NCBI RefSeq assembly: GCF_003790525.1
Contig: NZ_CP033635.1
DNA: 64,000 nucleotides
Direction: 5' to 3' (one strand)
Origin: Escherichia coli
GTDB taxonomy: Bacteria; Pseudomonadota; Gammaproteobacteria; Enterobacterales; Enterobacteriaceae
Shown here: positions 1 to 13,857 of the stretch, piece by piece
How positions within the stretch are numbered: the stretch's first letter is position 1
Layout: every line of letters starts with the position of its first letter
Translations under genes and position numbers: made by a program
The notes under the pieces: generated by a model
What the model was told of the DNA's origin: nothing
Databases searched by the model: none
What the model saw: only the letters and a program-made list of their open reading frames with translations

Positions 1-293
1 ATGACAAAGAACGCTCGGTGCTGATCTTTGTGCGTCGCGATAAAGAGGGTAACGAAATCATCGTTGCCAGTAACTTTACTCCGGTGCCGCGTCATGATTA
101 TCGCTTCGGCATTAACCAGCCGGGTAAATGGCGTGAGATCCTCAATACCGATTCCATGCACTATCACGGCAGTAATGCAGGCAATGGCGGCACGGTACAC
201 AGCGATGAGATTGCCAGCCACGGTCGTCAGCATTCACTAAGCCTGACGCTACCACCTCTGGCCACTATCTGGCTGGTTCGGGAGGCAGAATGA
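1..293 (+). CDS. glgB: 1,4-alpha-glucan branching enzyme, C-terminal fragment (5' end lies outside the window)
   Basis: Open frame runs from the window edge to a stop at 291-293; C-terminal peptide ...[16 protein letters not shown]; sits immediately upstream of glgX as in the glg operon; stop overlaps the glgX start. Confidence 0.8.
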   Translation, partial: DKERSVLIFVRRDKEGNEIIVASNFTPVPRHDYRFGINQPGKWREILNTDSMHYHGSNAGNGGTVHSDEIASHGRQHSLSLTLPPLATIWLVREAE

Positions 294-2263
294 CACAACT
301 CGCCATTGGCAAACCCACTCCCCTCGGCGCGCATTACGACGGTCAGGGCGTCAATTTCACACTTTTCTCCGCTCATGCCGAGCGGGTAGAGCTGTGTGTC
401 TTTGACGCCAATGGCCAGGAACATCGCTATGACTTGCCAGGGCACAGTGGCGACATTTGGCACGGTTATCTGCCGGATGCGCGTCCGGGTTTGCGTTATG
501 GTTATCGCGTTCATGGCCCCTGGCAACCCGCCGAGGGGTATCGCTTTAACCCGGCGAAGTTGTTGATTGATCCTTGCGCGCGGCAAATTGACGGGGAGTT
601 TAAAGATAACCCGCTGCTACACGCCGGTCATAATGAACCTGACTATCGCGACAACGCCGCCATTGCGCCGAAATGCGTAGTGGTGGTTGATCACTATGAC
701 TGGGAGGATGATGCCCCGCCGCGCACGCCGTGGGGCAGCACCATCATTTATGAAGCCCATGTCAAAGGATTAACGTACCTGCACCCGGAGATCCCGGTCG
801 AGATCCGTGGCACTTATAAAGCCCTGGGGCATCCGGTGATGATCAACTATTTGAAACAGTTGGGCATTACCGCGCTGGAACTGCTGCCGGTGGCGCAGTT
901 TGCCAGCGAACCACGCCTGCAACGTATGGGTCTAAGTAACTACTGGGGTTATAACCCGGTGGCGATGTTTGCGCTGCATCCGGCGTATGCCTGCTCCCCA
1001 GAAACGGCGCTGGATGAGTTTCGCGATGCAATCAAAGCACTGCATAAAGCGGGTATCGAAGTCATTCTTGATATCGTGCTCAACCATAGTGCGGAACTGG
1101 ACCTCGACGGTCCGTTATTCTCTCTGCGTGGGATCGACAACCGTAGCTATTATTGGATAAGAGAAGACGGCGATTATCACAACTGGACCGGTTGTGGCAA
1201 CACGCTCAATTTGAGTCATCCGGCGGTAGTGGATTATGCCAGCGCTTGCCTGCGTTATTGGGTAGAAACCTGCCACGTCGATGGTTTCCGCTTTGATCTG
1301 GCGGCAGTCATGGGCCGTACGCCAGAGTTCCGTCAGGATGCGCCGTTGTTTACCGCTATCCAGAACTGCCCGGTGCTCTCGCAGGTGAAGTTAATTGCTG
1401 AACCGTGGGATATTGCTCCTGGTGGTTATCAGGTGGGAAATTTCCCGCCGCTGTTTGCCGAGTGGAACGATCATTTCCGCGATGCTGCCCGTCGTTTCTG
1501 GCTTCATTATGATTTGCCTCTGGGGGCGTTTGCCGGGCGTTTTGCTGCCTCCAGCGATGTTTTTAAACGTAATGATCGTCTGCCGAGTGCCGCGATTAAT
1601 CTCGTCACCGCGCATGACGGTTTTACGCTTCGCGACTGCGTTTGCTTCAACCATAAACACAATGAAGCAAACGGAGAAGAAAATCGCGACGGGACCAACA
1701 ACAATTACAGTAACAATCATGGTAAAGAAGGGTTAGGCGGTACTCTTGACCTGGTTGAACGGCGTCGCGACAGCATTCACGCCCTGTTAACAACGTTGTT
1801 GCTCTCCCAGGGTACGCCGATGTTACTGGCCGGTGACGAACATGGTCACAGCCAGCATGGCAATAACAATGCCTACTGTCAGGATAACCAATTAACCTGG
1901 TTGGACTGGTCGCAGGCAAGCAGTGGTTTAACCGCATTTACCGCCGCGTTAATCCATCTGCGCAAGCGCATTCCCGCTTTGGTGGAGAATCGCTGGTGGG
2001 AAGAAGGCGACGGCAATGTCCGTTGGCTAAATCGATATGCTCAACCTTTAAGCACGGATGAGTGGCAAAACGGGCCGAAACAGCTGCAAATTCTGCTCTC
2101 GGATCGCTTTTTGATCGCAATTAACGCCACGCTTGAGGTAACAGAGATTGTTTTACCTGCTGGGGAGTGGCACGCCATTCCCCCATTCGCTGGAGAGGAT
2201 AACCCAGTGATTACGGCTGTCTGGCAGGGACCTGCACACGGATTGTGTGTGTTCCAGAGATGA
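290..2263 (+). CDS. glgX: glycogen debranching enzyme (657 aa)
   Basis: Full-length ORF; GH13 catalytic motifs (GFRFDLA, EPWD); position between glgB and glgC. Confidence 0.95.
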
Positions 2264-2280
2264 TAAAAAAGGAGTTAGTC

Positions 2281-3576
2281 ATGGTTAGTTTAGAGAAGAA
2301 CGATCACTTAATGTTGGCGCGCCAGCTGCCATTGAAATCTGTTGCCCTGATACTGGCGGGAGGACGTGGTACCCGCCTGAAGGATTTAACCAATAAGCGA
2401 GCAAAACCGGCCGTACACTTCGGCGGTAAGTTCCGCATTATCGACTTTGCGCTGTCTAACTGCATCAACTCCGGGATCCGTCGTATGGGCGTGATCACCC
2501 AGTACCAGTCCCACACTCTGGTGCAGCACATTCAGCGCGGCTGGTCATTCTTCAATGAAGAAATGAACGAGTTTGTCGATCTGCTGCCAGCACAGCAGAG
2601 AATGAAAGGGGAAAACTGGTATCGCGGCACCGCAGATGCGGTCACCCAAAACCTCGACATTATCCGCCGTTATAAAGCGGAATACGTGGTGATCCTGGCG
2701 GGCGACCATATCTACAAGCAAGACTACTCGCGTATGCTTATCGACCACGTCGAAAAAGGCGCACGTTGCACCGTTGCTTGTATGCCAGTACCGATTGAAG
2801 AAGCCTCCGCGTTTGGCGTTATGGCGGTTGATGAGAACGATAAAATTATCGAATTCGTTGAAAAACCAGCTAACCCGCCGTCAATGCCGAACGATCCGAG
2901 CAAATCTCTGGCGAGTATGGGTATTTACGTCTTTGACGCCGACTATCTGTATGAACTGCTGGAAGAAGACGATCGCGATGAGAACTCCAGCCACGACTTT
3001 GGCAAAGATTTGATTCCCAAGATCACCGAAGCCGGTCTGGCCTATGCGCATCCGTTCCCGCTCTCTTGCGTACAATCCGACCCGGATGCCGAGCCGTACT
3101 GGCGCGATGTGGGTACGCTGGAAGCTTACTGGAAAGCGAACCTCGATCTGGCCTCTGTGGTGCCGGAACTGGATATGTACGATCGCAATTGGCCAATTCG
3201 CACCTACAATGAATCATTACCGCCAGCGAAATTCGTGCAGGATCGCTCCGGTAGCCACGGGATGACCCTTAACTCACTGGTATCCGGCGGTTGTGTGATC
3301 TCCGGTTCGGTGGTGGTGCAGTCCGTTCTGTTCTCGCGCGTTCGCGTGAATTCATTCTGCAACATTGATTCCGCCGTATTGTTACCGGAAGTATGGGTAG
3401 GTCGCTCGTGCCGTCTGCGCCGCTGCGTCATCGATCGTGCTTGTGTTATTCCGGAAGGCATGGTGATTGGTGAAAACGCAGAGGAAGATGCACGTCGTTT
3501 CTATCGTTCAGAAGAAGGCATCGTGCTGGTAACGCGCGAAATGCTACGGAAGTTAGGGCATAAACAGGAGCGATAA
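2281..3576 (+). CDS. glgC: glucose-1-phosphate adenylyltransferase (431 aa)
   Basis: Track ORF 2245-3576; start trimmed to ATG 2281 ([17 protein letters not shown]...), giving the canonical length; nucleotidyltransferase motif GGRGTRL. Confidence 0.95.
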
Positions 3577-5009
3577 TGCAGGTTTTACATGTATGTTCAG
3601 AGATGTTCCCGCTGCTTAAAACCGGCGGTCTGGCTGATGTTATTGGGGCATTACCCGCAGCACAAATCGCAGACGGCGTTGACGCTCGCGTACTGTTGCC
3701 TGCATTTCCCGATATTCGCCGTGGCGTGACCGATGCGCAGGTAGTATCCCGTCGTGATACCTTCGCCGGACATATCACGCTGTTGTTCGGTCATTACAAC
3801 GGGGTTGGCATATACCTGATTGACGCGCCGCATCTCTATGATCGTCCGGGAAGCCCGTATCACGATACCAACTTATTTGCCTATACCGACAACGTATTGC
3901 GTTTTGCGCTGCTGGGGTGGGTTGGGGCAGAAATGGCCAGTGGGCTTGACCCATTCTGGCGTCCTGATGTGGTGCATGCGCACGACTGGCATGCAGGCCT
4001 TGCGCCTGCGTATCTGGCGGCGCGCGGGCGTCCGGCGAAGTCGGTGTTTACTGTGCACAACCTGGCCTATCAAGGCATGTTTTATGCACATCACATGAAT
4101 GACATCCAATTGCCATGGTCATTCTTTAATATTCATGGGCTGGAATTCAACGGACAAATCTCTTTTCTGAAGGCCGGTCTGTACTATGCCGATCACATTA
4201 CGGCAGTCAGTCCAACCTACGCTCGCGAGATCACCGAACCGCAGTTTGCCTACGGTATGGAAGGTCTGTTGCAACAGCGTCACCGTGAAGGGCGTCTTTC
4301 CGGCGTACTGAACGGCGTGGACGAGAAAATCTGGAGTCCAGAGACGGACTTACTGTTGGCCTCGCGTTACACCCGCGATACGTTGGAAGATAAAGCGGAA
4401 AATAAGCGCCAGTTACAAATCGCAATGGGGCTTAAGGTTGACGATAAAGTGCCGCTTTTTGCAGTGGTGAGCCGTCTGACCAGCCAGAAAGGTCTCGACC
4501 TGGTGCTGGAGGCCTTACCGGGTCTTCTGGAGCAGGGCGGGCAACTGGCGCTACTCGGCGCGGGCGATCCGGTGCTGCAGGAAGGTTTCCTTGCGGCGGC
4601 AGCGGAATACCCCGGCCAGGTGGGCGTTCAGATTGGCTATCACGAAGCATTTTCGCATCGCATTATGGGCGGCGCGGACGTCATTCTGGTGCCCAGCCGT
4701 TTTGAACCGTGCGGCTTAACGCAACTTTATGGATTGAAGTACGGTACGCTGCCGTTAGTGCGGCGCACCGGTGGGCTTGCTGATACGGTTTCTGACTGTT
4801 CTCTTGAGAACCTTGCAGATGGCGTCGCCAGTGGGTTTGTCTTTGAAGATAGTAATGCCTGGTCGCTATTACGGGCTATTCGACGTGCTTTTGTACTGTG
4901 GTCCCGTCCTTCACTGTGGCGGTTTGTGCAACGTCAGGCTATGGCAATGGATTTTAGCTGGCAGGTCGCGGCGAAGTCGTACCGTGAGCTTTACTATCGC
5001 TTGAAATAG
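3576..5009 (+). CDS. glgA: glycogen synthase (477 aa)
   Basis: [22 protein letters not shown]... with KTGGL motif; ATG overlaps the glgC stop (TAATG). Confidence 0.95.
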
Positions 5010-7475
<2,466 letters not shown>

Positions 7476-7488
7476 GTTCGCTAAAAAA

Positions 7489-7520
7489 CAGAACGGGGCC
7501 AAAAGGTCCCGTTTTTTTTC
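7489..7520 (+). terminator. rho-independent terminator downstream of glgP
   Basis: Imperfect GC-rich hairpin (acggggcc aaaa ggtcccgt) followed by T8 at 7512-7519. Confidence 0.6.
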
Positions 7521-7591
7521 GCCTTTATTTAGGAAAAGTGTCCAGAGGGGGCGAGGGTTATCGGGGAGTATAATTTCGCCATTCAGCAAGA

Positions 7592-9109
7592 ATGGAAAGA
7601 ATAATGCAAAACGGAAAATGGATTTTGACCTCGCTGGTAATGACTTTTTTTGGCATCCCCATACTGGCGCAATTTTTGGCAGCGGTTGTTGCCATGCTGG
7701 GGGCCGGGCTTGCCGCTATTTTTGATGTTTGCAATTTACTCTTTACGCCAACAATTTATCTTCTACTCAACGTCTTTATGCTGACGCTGGGCGCATTACT
7801 GCTATTTTTCTCTGGGCGAGTGTGGGCGGGCGATAGCGCACCAGAAAACAGAGAAATAGCCGCCTGGCGACAATGTCTTTTTTTAGTTCCCGCTTTATTA
7901 ACCCTGGTTGGCTGGATAATCACGCTACATCTGGCAGATTATCAATTTCGCCAGATGGTTTCAGGTTGGTTGGCAAACCTTATGCTTCCCTGGTTGGGCG
8001 TTTTTACAGTCTCATTCGTCGGTGGTGAGTACTGGTGGATAGTCATTATTCCCGTTGGCGCGCATATCAGTTTTTCACTGGGATACGGCTGGCCGACCAG
8101 ACACCCTTTAACCGGCACCTCCGGTCTACGTTGCCGTAATTTACTTCTGTTCATTCTTCTCTTACTGGGTATTGTCGCTGGTTATCAGGCTTATTTATAT
8201 AAACAGCTTAATCCCGGCGTCGGTGTGCGTGAAAATATTGATACCTGGGCCTGGCGACCCGATAAACTTAATAATCAACTGACGCCACTGCGTGGTAAAC
8301 CACAAATTCAATTTACGCAAAACTGGCCGCGACTCGATGGCGCTACGGCGGCGTACCCCATTTATGCCTCTGCATTTTATGCATTAAGTGTAATACCAGA
8401 GGATTTTCACGTTTGGGATTATCTGGATAACTCTCGTACGCAAGAAGCATATAACAAAATCGTTAAGGGCGATGCTGATATTATTTTCGTGGCGCAACCT
8501 TCCGATGGGCAAAAAAAACGCGCTGAGAAATCGGGCGTCACTTTGCTGTACACGCCATTTGCCCGTGAAGCGTTTGTTTTCATCGTCAATGCGGATAATC
8601 CGGTTAATTCCCTGACTGAACAACAAGTGCGTGACATTTTTAGTGGCGCAATTACCAACTGGCGCACGGTTGGCGGTAACGATCAGGAGATCCAGACCTG
8701 GCAACGCCCGGAAGACTCTGGCAGCCAGACAGTGATGCAATCGCAGGTCATGAAAAATGTCCGCATGATCTCGCCGCAGGAAACCGAAGTGGCAAGCATG
8801 ATGGAGGGAATGATTAAAGTCGTTGCCGAATACCGTAATACAAACAACGCAATAGGCTACACCTTCCGCTATTACGCAACACAAATGAATGCCGATAAAA
8901 ATATAAAACTGCTAGCGATTAACGGTATTGCACCGACTGCGGAAAATATTCGTAACGGCAAATATCCGTATATCATCGATGCCTTTATGGTAACGCGGGA
9001 AAATACTACGTCAGAAACACAAAAACTGGTCGAATGGTTTTTAACGCCGCAGGGACAGAGTCTGGTGGAAGATGTGGGCTATGTGCCGCTGTATCCAACA
9101 ATGAAATAA
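7592..9109 (+). CDS. membrane-anchored PstS-like (phosphate-binding-protein fold) protein: N-terminal polytopic TM domain plus C-terminal PBP domain
   Basis: 505-aa ORF (a second ATG at 7604 has a better-spaced GGAAAG RBS). Residues 1-210 carry about 5-6 hydrophobic helices; the C-terminal 270 aa show PstS-like motifs (AAYPIYASAFY, RPEDSGSQTVM, AIGYTFRYYA) that align with E. coli PstS (FPAPVYAKWA, DGSGTSFVFTSY, AIGYVEYAYA). Possible -10 TATAAT at 7568-7573. Confidence 0.7.
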   Translation: MERIMQNGKWILTSLVMTFFGIPILAQFLAAVVAMLGAGLAAIFDVCNLLFTPTIYLLLNVFMLTLGALLLFFSGRVWAGDSAPENREIAAWRQCLFLVPALLTLVGWIITLHLADYQFRQMVSGWLANLMLPWLGVFTVSFVGGEYWWIVIIPVGAHISFSLGYGWPTRHPLTGTSGLRCRNLLLFILLLLGIVAGYQAYLYKQLNPGVGVRENIDTWAWRPDKLNNQLTPLRGKPQIQFTQNWPRLDGATAAYPIYASAFYALSVIPEDFHVWDYLDNSRTQEAYNKIVKGDADIIFVAQPSDGQKKRAEKSGVTLLYTPFAREAFVFIVNADNPVNSLTEQQVRDIFSGAITNWRTVGGNDQEIQTWQRPEDSGSQTVMQSQVMKNVRMISPQETEVASMMEGMIKVVAEYRNTNNAIGYTFRYYATQMNADKNIKLLAINGIAPTAENIRNGKYPYIIDAFMVTRENTTSETQKLVEWFLTPQGQSLVEDVGYVPLYPTMK

Positions 9110-9134
9110 CGCTCGAGAGAAAGGAATCAGCGCA

Positions 9135-10127
9135 ATGAATAAATTCACCGGTGTTTTACTATTAGGTACGGCGCTACTGGCGGGATGTGTCGACCGGGAA
9201 GGGTACTATAACAGCGTCAGGGAAGAAGACAGCCATGGACTGACGTCTCTGCGGGGGCAACCTGAATTACGTTACAACGATGATTGGTCAAGATGGCCGA
9301 GAGTGTACGGCGCTACAGCCTTATACCCGCTGTATGCCTCCGCGTATTATGAATTAGTACCCGAGCCAAAAGATAAGGATCGAACCTCGCTGGCCTGGCA
9401 GGCGTATGGTTTGCAACAAACCCGAACAGCTGAAGCCTACGATAGTCTGATTAAGGGTACCGCGACGGTTATTTTTGTTGCACAACCGTCGGAAGGACAG
9501 AAAAAACGTGCAGAAGAAGCAGGTGTTAAACTCAAATATACCGCTTTCGCCCGCGAAGCCTTTGTCTTTATCGTTGATATCAAAAACCCGGTTAATTCAC
9601 TTAGCGAACAGCAGGTCAAAGACATTTTTAGCGGTAAAGTGAGTCGCTGGAATAAAGTGGGCGGCGGTGACGAAAGTATAAAAGTCTGGCAGCGGCCAGA
9701 AGATTCTGGAAGCCAAACGGTTATGAAGGGACTGGTTATGCAAGATACTCCAATGCTGCCAGCCAAAAAATCCACTGTTATCGATCTTATGGGCGGTTTA
9801 ATTACCGAAGTCGCCGACTACCAAAATACACCATCTTCTATTGGATACACCTTCCACTATTACGTCACACGTATGAATGACAATATGCTCAAAATGCGCA
9901 AACAGATCAAACTGCTGGCTATAAATGGCGTTGCACCTACAGAGGAAAATATCCGTAACGGCACTTATCCGTACATAATTCATGCTTATATGGTGACGCA
10001 CGAAAACCCTACGCTGGAAACGCAGAAATTCGTCGACTGGTTTTTAAGCCCGCAGGGACAGCAATTGGTAGAGGATGTGGGCTATGTGCCGATTTATGAC
10101 GCATCATCCGAATCATCAGGACAATAA
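9135..10127 (+). CDS. PstS-like substrate-binding lipoprotein, tandem paralog of the upstream gene
   Basis: 330-aa ORF; lipoprotein signal MNKFTGVLLLGTALLAGC (lipobox LAGC); mature part colinear with and clearly similar to the C-terminal domain of ORF 7592-9109 (ALYPLYASAYY, RPEDSGSQTVM, SIGYTFHYYV). Confidence 0.7.
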   Translation: MNKFTGVLLLGTALLAGCVDREGYYNSVREEDSHGLTSLRGQPELRYNDDWSRWPRVYGATALYPLYASAYYELVPEPKDKDRTSLAWQAYGLQQTRTAEAYDSLIKGTATVIFVAQPSEGQKKRAEEAGVKLKYTAFAREAFVFIVDIKNPVNSLSEQQVKDIFSGKVSRWNKVGGGDESIKVWQRPEDSGSQTVMKGLVMQDTPMLPAKKSTVIDLMGGLITEVADYQNTPSSIGYTFHYYVTRMNDNMLKMRKQIKLLAINGVAPTEENIRNGTYPYIIHAYMVTHENPTLETQKFVDWFLSPQGQQLVEDVGYVPIYDASSESSGQ

Positions 10128-10129
10128 AG

Positions 10130-10730
10130 ATGAATAAAATCAGACTTTATATTCCTCCGTTAATTCTTGGTTTTGTTATTGTGCCGTTGTTGGTGTGGCC
10201 GACGGTGGTTGCTCTGGCTGCTTGTGTTATCACGCTGAGTTTTATGGGAGAAATACTGTTCTCTATCCCGCTCATGTTCAGGCGTATTTCACTTCTGGAA
10301 TTCCAACTTGGGTTATTGGCTGAATATGCACTTTTTTTTTCTGTGCCATGTGTTGCGTTGGTTGGCAATTTTCTTGCAGAGCTCAATCTGAACTGAAAAG
10401 CAGACTCCATTGTTGGTTGGTATTTGCACCAGTTTATTTCTGGTTGCTCCTGTGGAATATCATTTTCTATGTCGCGCCAGCGCAAATTGCTTTGCTGGAA
10501 AATATGCGCAATTTCTTTCTGACCATTGTCTGGTTACCCCTGAATTTTTTCAATTTGGGTCTCAGCCGTGGACTGACTTTATCGGTCCGATAAGCGCCCA
10601 GCTTGGTTTTGCATTGGGATATTATTGCCAGTGGCGTAGCAAAAATAGAAGTCAGAGGAAGAAGTGGGGCGAGTGGGTAATGTGTCTGAGTTTTGTTACG
10701 TTGGGTATGATTGCGTGGGCTTTGCGGTAA
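10130..10730 (+). pseudogene. small integral membrane protein gene split over three reading frames (likely frameshift-inactivated), translationally coupled to the upstream PstS-like gene
   Basis: Three overlapping hydrophobic ORFs in three different frames (10130-10396, 10348-10593, 10410-10730). A T9 homopolymer at 10332-10340 sits exactly where restoring one T would join frame 1 to frame 2; a second one-base shift is needed before 10593 (a T6 run lies at 10545-10550). ATG 10130 is 2 nt after the upstream stop. Confidence 0.45.
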
Positions 10731-10855
10731 TTCCTTGAATCAAAAAGTAGGTCAGATTGTTGACGAAGTGCGCTTTGTTTATGCCGGATGCTGCGTGAAC
10801 GCCTTATTTTGTCTACAAAATCATGCAAATTCAATATATTGCATAAACCACGTAG

Positions 10856-10880
10856 GCCTGATAAGCGTAGCGCATCAGGC
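10856..10880. repeat. REP (repetitive extragenic palindrome) element, followed by a T7 run
   Basis: gcctgataagcgtagcgcatcaggc is a typical enterobacterial REP palindrome; T-run at 10883-10889 could terminate plus-strand transcripts. Confidence 0.5.
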
Positions 10881-10897
10881 AGTTTTTTTGTTTATCA

Positions 10898-10921
10898 TCA
10901 GTCTCAGGTCAGATTGAAATC
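10898..10921 (-). terminator. perfect inverted repeat downstream of glpD (candidate glpD terminator hairpin)
   Basis: ggtcagat tgaa atctgacc, 24 nt beyond the glpD stop; no strong U-tract on the glpD strand, so function is uncertain. Confidence 0.35.
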
Positions 10922-10944
10922 TGACCTGGCCACCTTACGTTAAT

Positions 10945-12450
10945 TTACGACGCCAGCGACAACTTCTGCTGCGTATACTCCACCAGCCACTGACTCACAC
11001 GAGATTGTTGATCCGCATTTAGCCACATGCCTTGTTTTGTGCGACGCCACAGGGCATCGTCGGCGCGACGGACCCATTCGTGATCCACCAGGTATTTCAG
11101 TTCCGCTTCGTAGAACTCATGACCGAAATCCTCCCCGAGGTCGCTTATCGCCCCCGCATTGCCGAGCAGCAGTTCGCTGTTGCTGCCGTAAGTGCGCGCG
11201 TAGTGACGTGCCAGCGATTCAGTCAGGAACGGGTAACGGCGGCGCAGGCGAGCGGCATAATCGTCGCGATCGCCTTCAATGGCACCACCCGGCAGCACGC
11301 TCTCTTTCGTCCACGCCGGGCCAATACCCTGATAATACGGCGTTAGTTTTTCCAGCGCATGTTCCGCCAGTTTGCGGTAGGTGGTCAGCTTACCGCCGAA
11401 TACCGACAGCAGCGGTGCTTTGCCGTTTTCGTCATGGATATCAAGGGTGTAATCACGGGTAATTGCCTGCGGCGAGTCGGACTCATCATCACACAGCGGA
11501 CGCACGCCGGAGTAAGTCCAGACGATATCGTCACGGCTTAGCTGCTTTTTAAAGTGCGTGTTATACACTTTCAGCAGGTAATTGATTTCACTCTCTTCAA
11601 TCTTCACGGCTTTCGGATCACCTTTGTATTCCACATCGGTGGTGCCGATGATGGAAAACTCGTCCATCCACGGGATCACGAACACAATACGTTTATCTTC
11701 GTTTTGCAGAATGTAGGCTTGCTTCTGGGTATGCACGCGTGGCACCACAATATGGCTGCCTTTGATCAGGCGAATGCCATAAGGTGAAGGCAGATGCATC
11801 CCGTCGTCGAAAAATTGTTTCACCCACGGGCCGGTGGCGTTCACCAGGCCGCGCGCCTGCCAGGTGTATTTTTTGCCGGTATCGATATCTTCTGCTTCCA
11901 CAATCCACAGGCCGTTTTCGCGGCGAGCAGAAGTGGCACGAGTACGAGTAAGCACTTCACCGCCTTTACGTACCACCATCTGGGCGTTGGCGAGTACCAG
12001 ACGGGCGTCGTCTACCCAACAGTCAGAATATTCGAATCCGCGCTTAATTTCCGGTTTTAACACTGAGTTTGCGCCAAAACGCAAACCGGTTGATCCCGGC
12101 AGGCTGGTGCGTTTACCCAGATGATCGTACATAAACAGACCAATGCGAATCATCCACGCCGGGCGCAGATGCGGACGATGTGGCAGGCGAAAACGCATCG
12201 GGAAGGCGATATGCGGAGCCATTTTCAGCAACACTTCACGTTCAGCCAGCGCCTCGCTGACCAGGCGGAATTCATAGTGCTCAAGGTAGCGCAGGCCACC
12301 GTGAATGAGTTTTGAACTGGCGGAAGAGGTCGCGCAAGCGAGATCCTGCGCCTCCAGCATCAGCACGGATAAACCGCGTCCAGCGGCGTCTGCCGCGATA
12401 CCAGCACCATTGATGCCGCCACCTATCACAATCAGATCTTTGATTTCCAT
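10945..12450 (-). CDS. glpD: aerobic glycerol-3-phosphate dehydrogenase (501 aa)
   Basis: Track ORF extends to 12465; start trimmed to the Met of MEIKDLIVIGGGINGAGIAADAAGRG (FAD-binding GxGxxG). Confidence 0.95.
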   Translation of the reverse strand: MEIKDLIVIGGGINGAGIAADAAGRGLSVLMLEAQDLACATSSASSKLIHGGLRYLEHYEFRLVSEALAEREVLLKMAPHIAFPMRFRLPHRPHLRPAWMIRIGLFMYDHLGKRTSLPGSTGLRFGANSVLKPEIKRGFEYSDCWVDDARLVLANAQMVVRKGGEVLTRTRATSARRENGLWIVEAEDIDTGKKYTWQARGLVNATGPWVKQFFDDGMHLPSPYGIRLIKGSHIVVPRVHTQKQAYILQNEDKRIVFVIPWMDEFSIIGTTDVEYKGDPKAVKIEESEINYLLKVYNTHFKKQLSRDDIVWTYSGVRPLCDDESDSPQAITRDYTLDIHDENGKAPLLSVFGGKLTTYRKLAEHALEKLTPYYQGIGPAWTKESVLPGGAIEGDRDDYAARLRRRYPFLTESLARHYARTYGSNSELLLGNAGAISDLGEDFGHEFYEAELKYLVDHEWVRRADDALWRRTKQGMWLNADQQSRVSQWLVEYTQQKLSLAS

Positions 12451-12561
12451 GCTGCCCTCATTCACTTTCGTTAAAGTTCATAAATGTTCGTTATCGAACA
12501 TATTAGCAAAGAATCGCGCTTTGGGTAACATTGAAAAAACATTTTAGAGTGATATGTATAA

Positions 12562-12966
<405 letters not shown>

Positions 12967-12998
12967 CGCTTTATACTGTCCCCTTTTGTGTGGAATAA

Positions 12999-13841
<843 letters not shown>

Positions 13842-13857
13842 TTCCAGGGATTTAGAA

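Noticed and set aside
7592-10127. Interpreting the two PstS-like genes as components of a complete phosphate ABC transporter
   Set aside because: No permease (PstC/PstA-like) or ATPase (PstB-like) genes are adjacent, so only orphan binding-protein status can be supported; the ligand remains unknown.
10749-10907. 11-bp direct repeat (aggtcagattg) as a possible target-site duplication of a mobile element
   Set aside because: The repeats bracket only about 150 bp containing a REP element, not the accessory genes; the second copy is one arm of a palindrome; no transposase or inverted terminal repeats are present.
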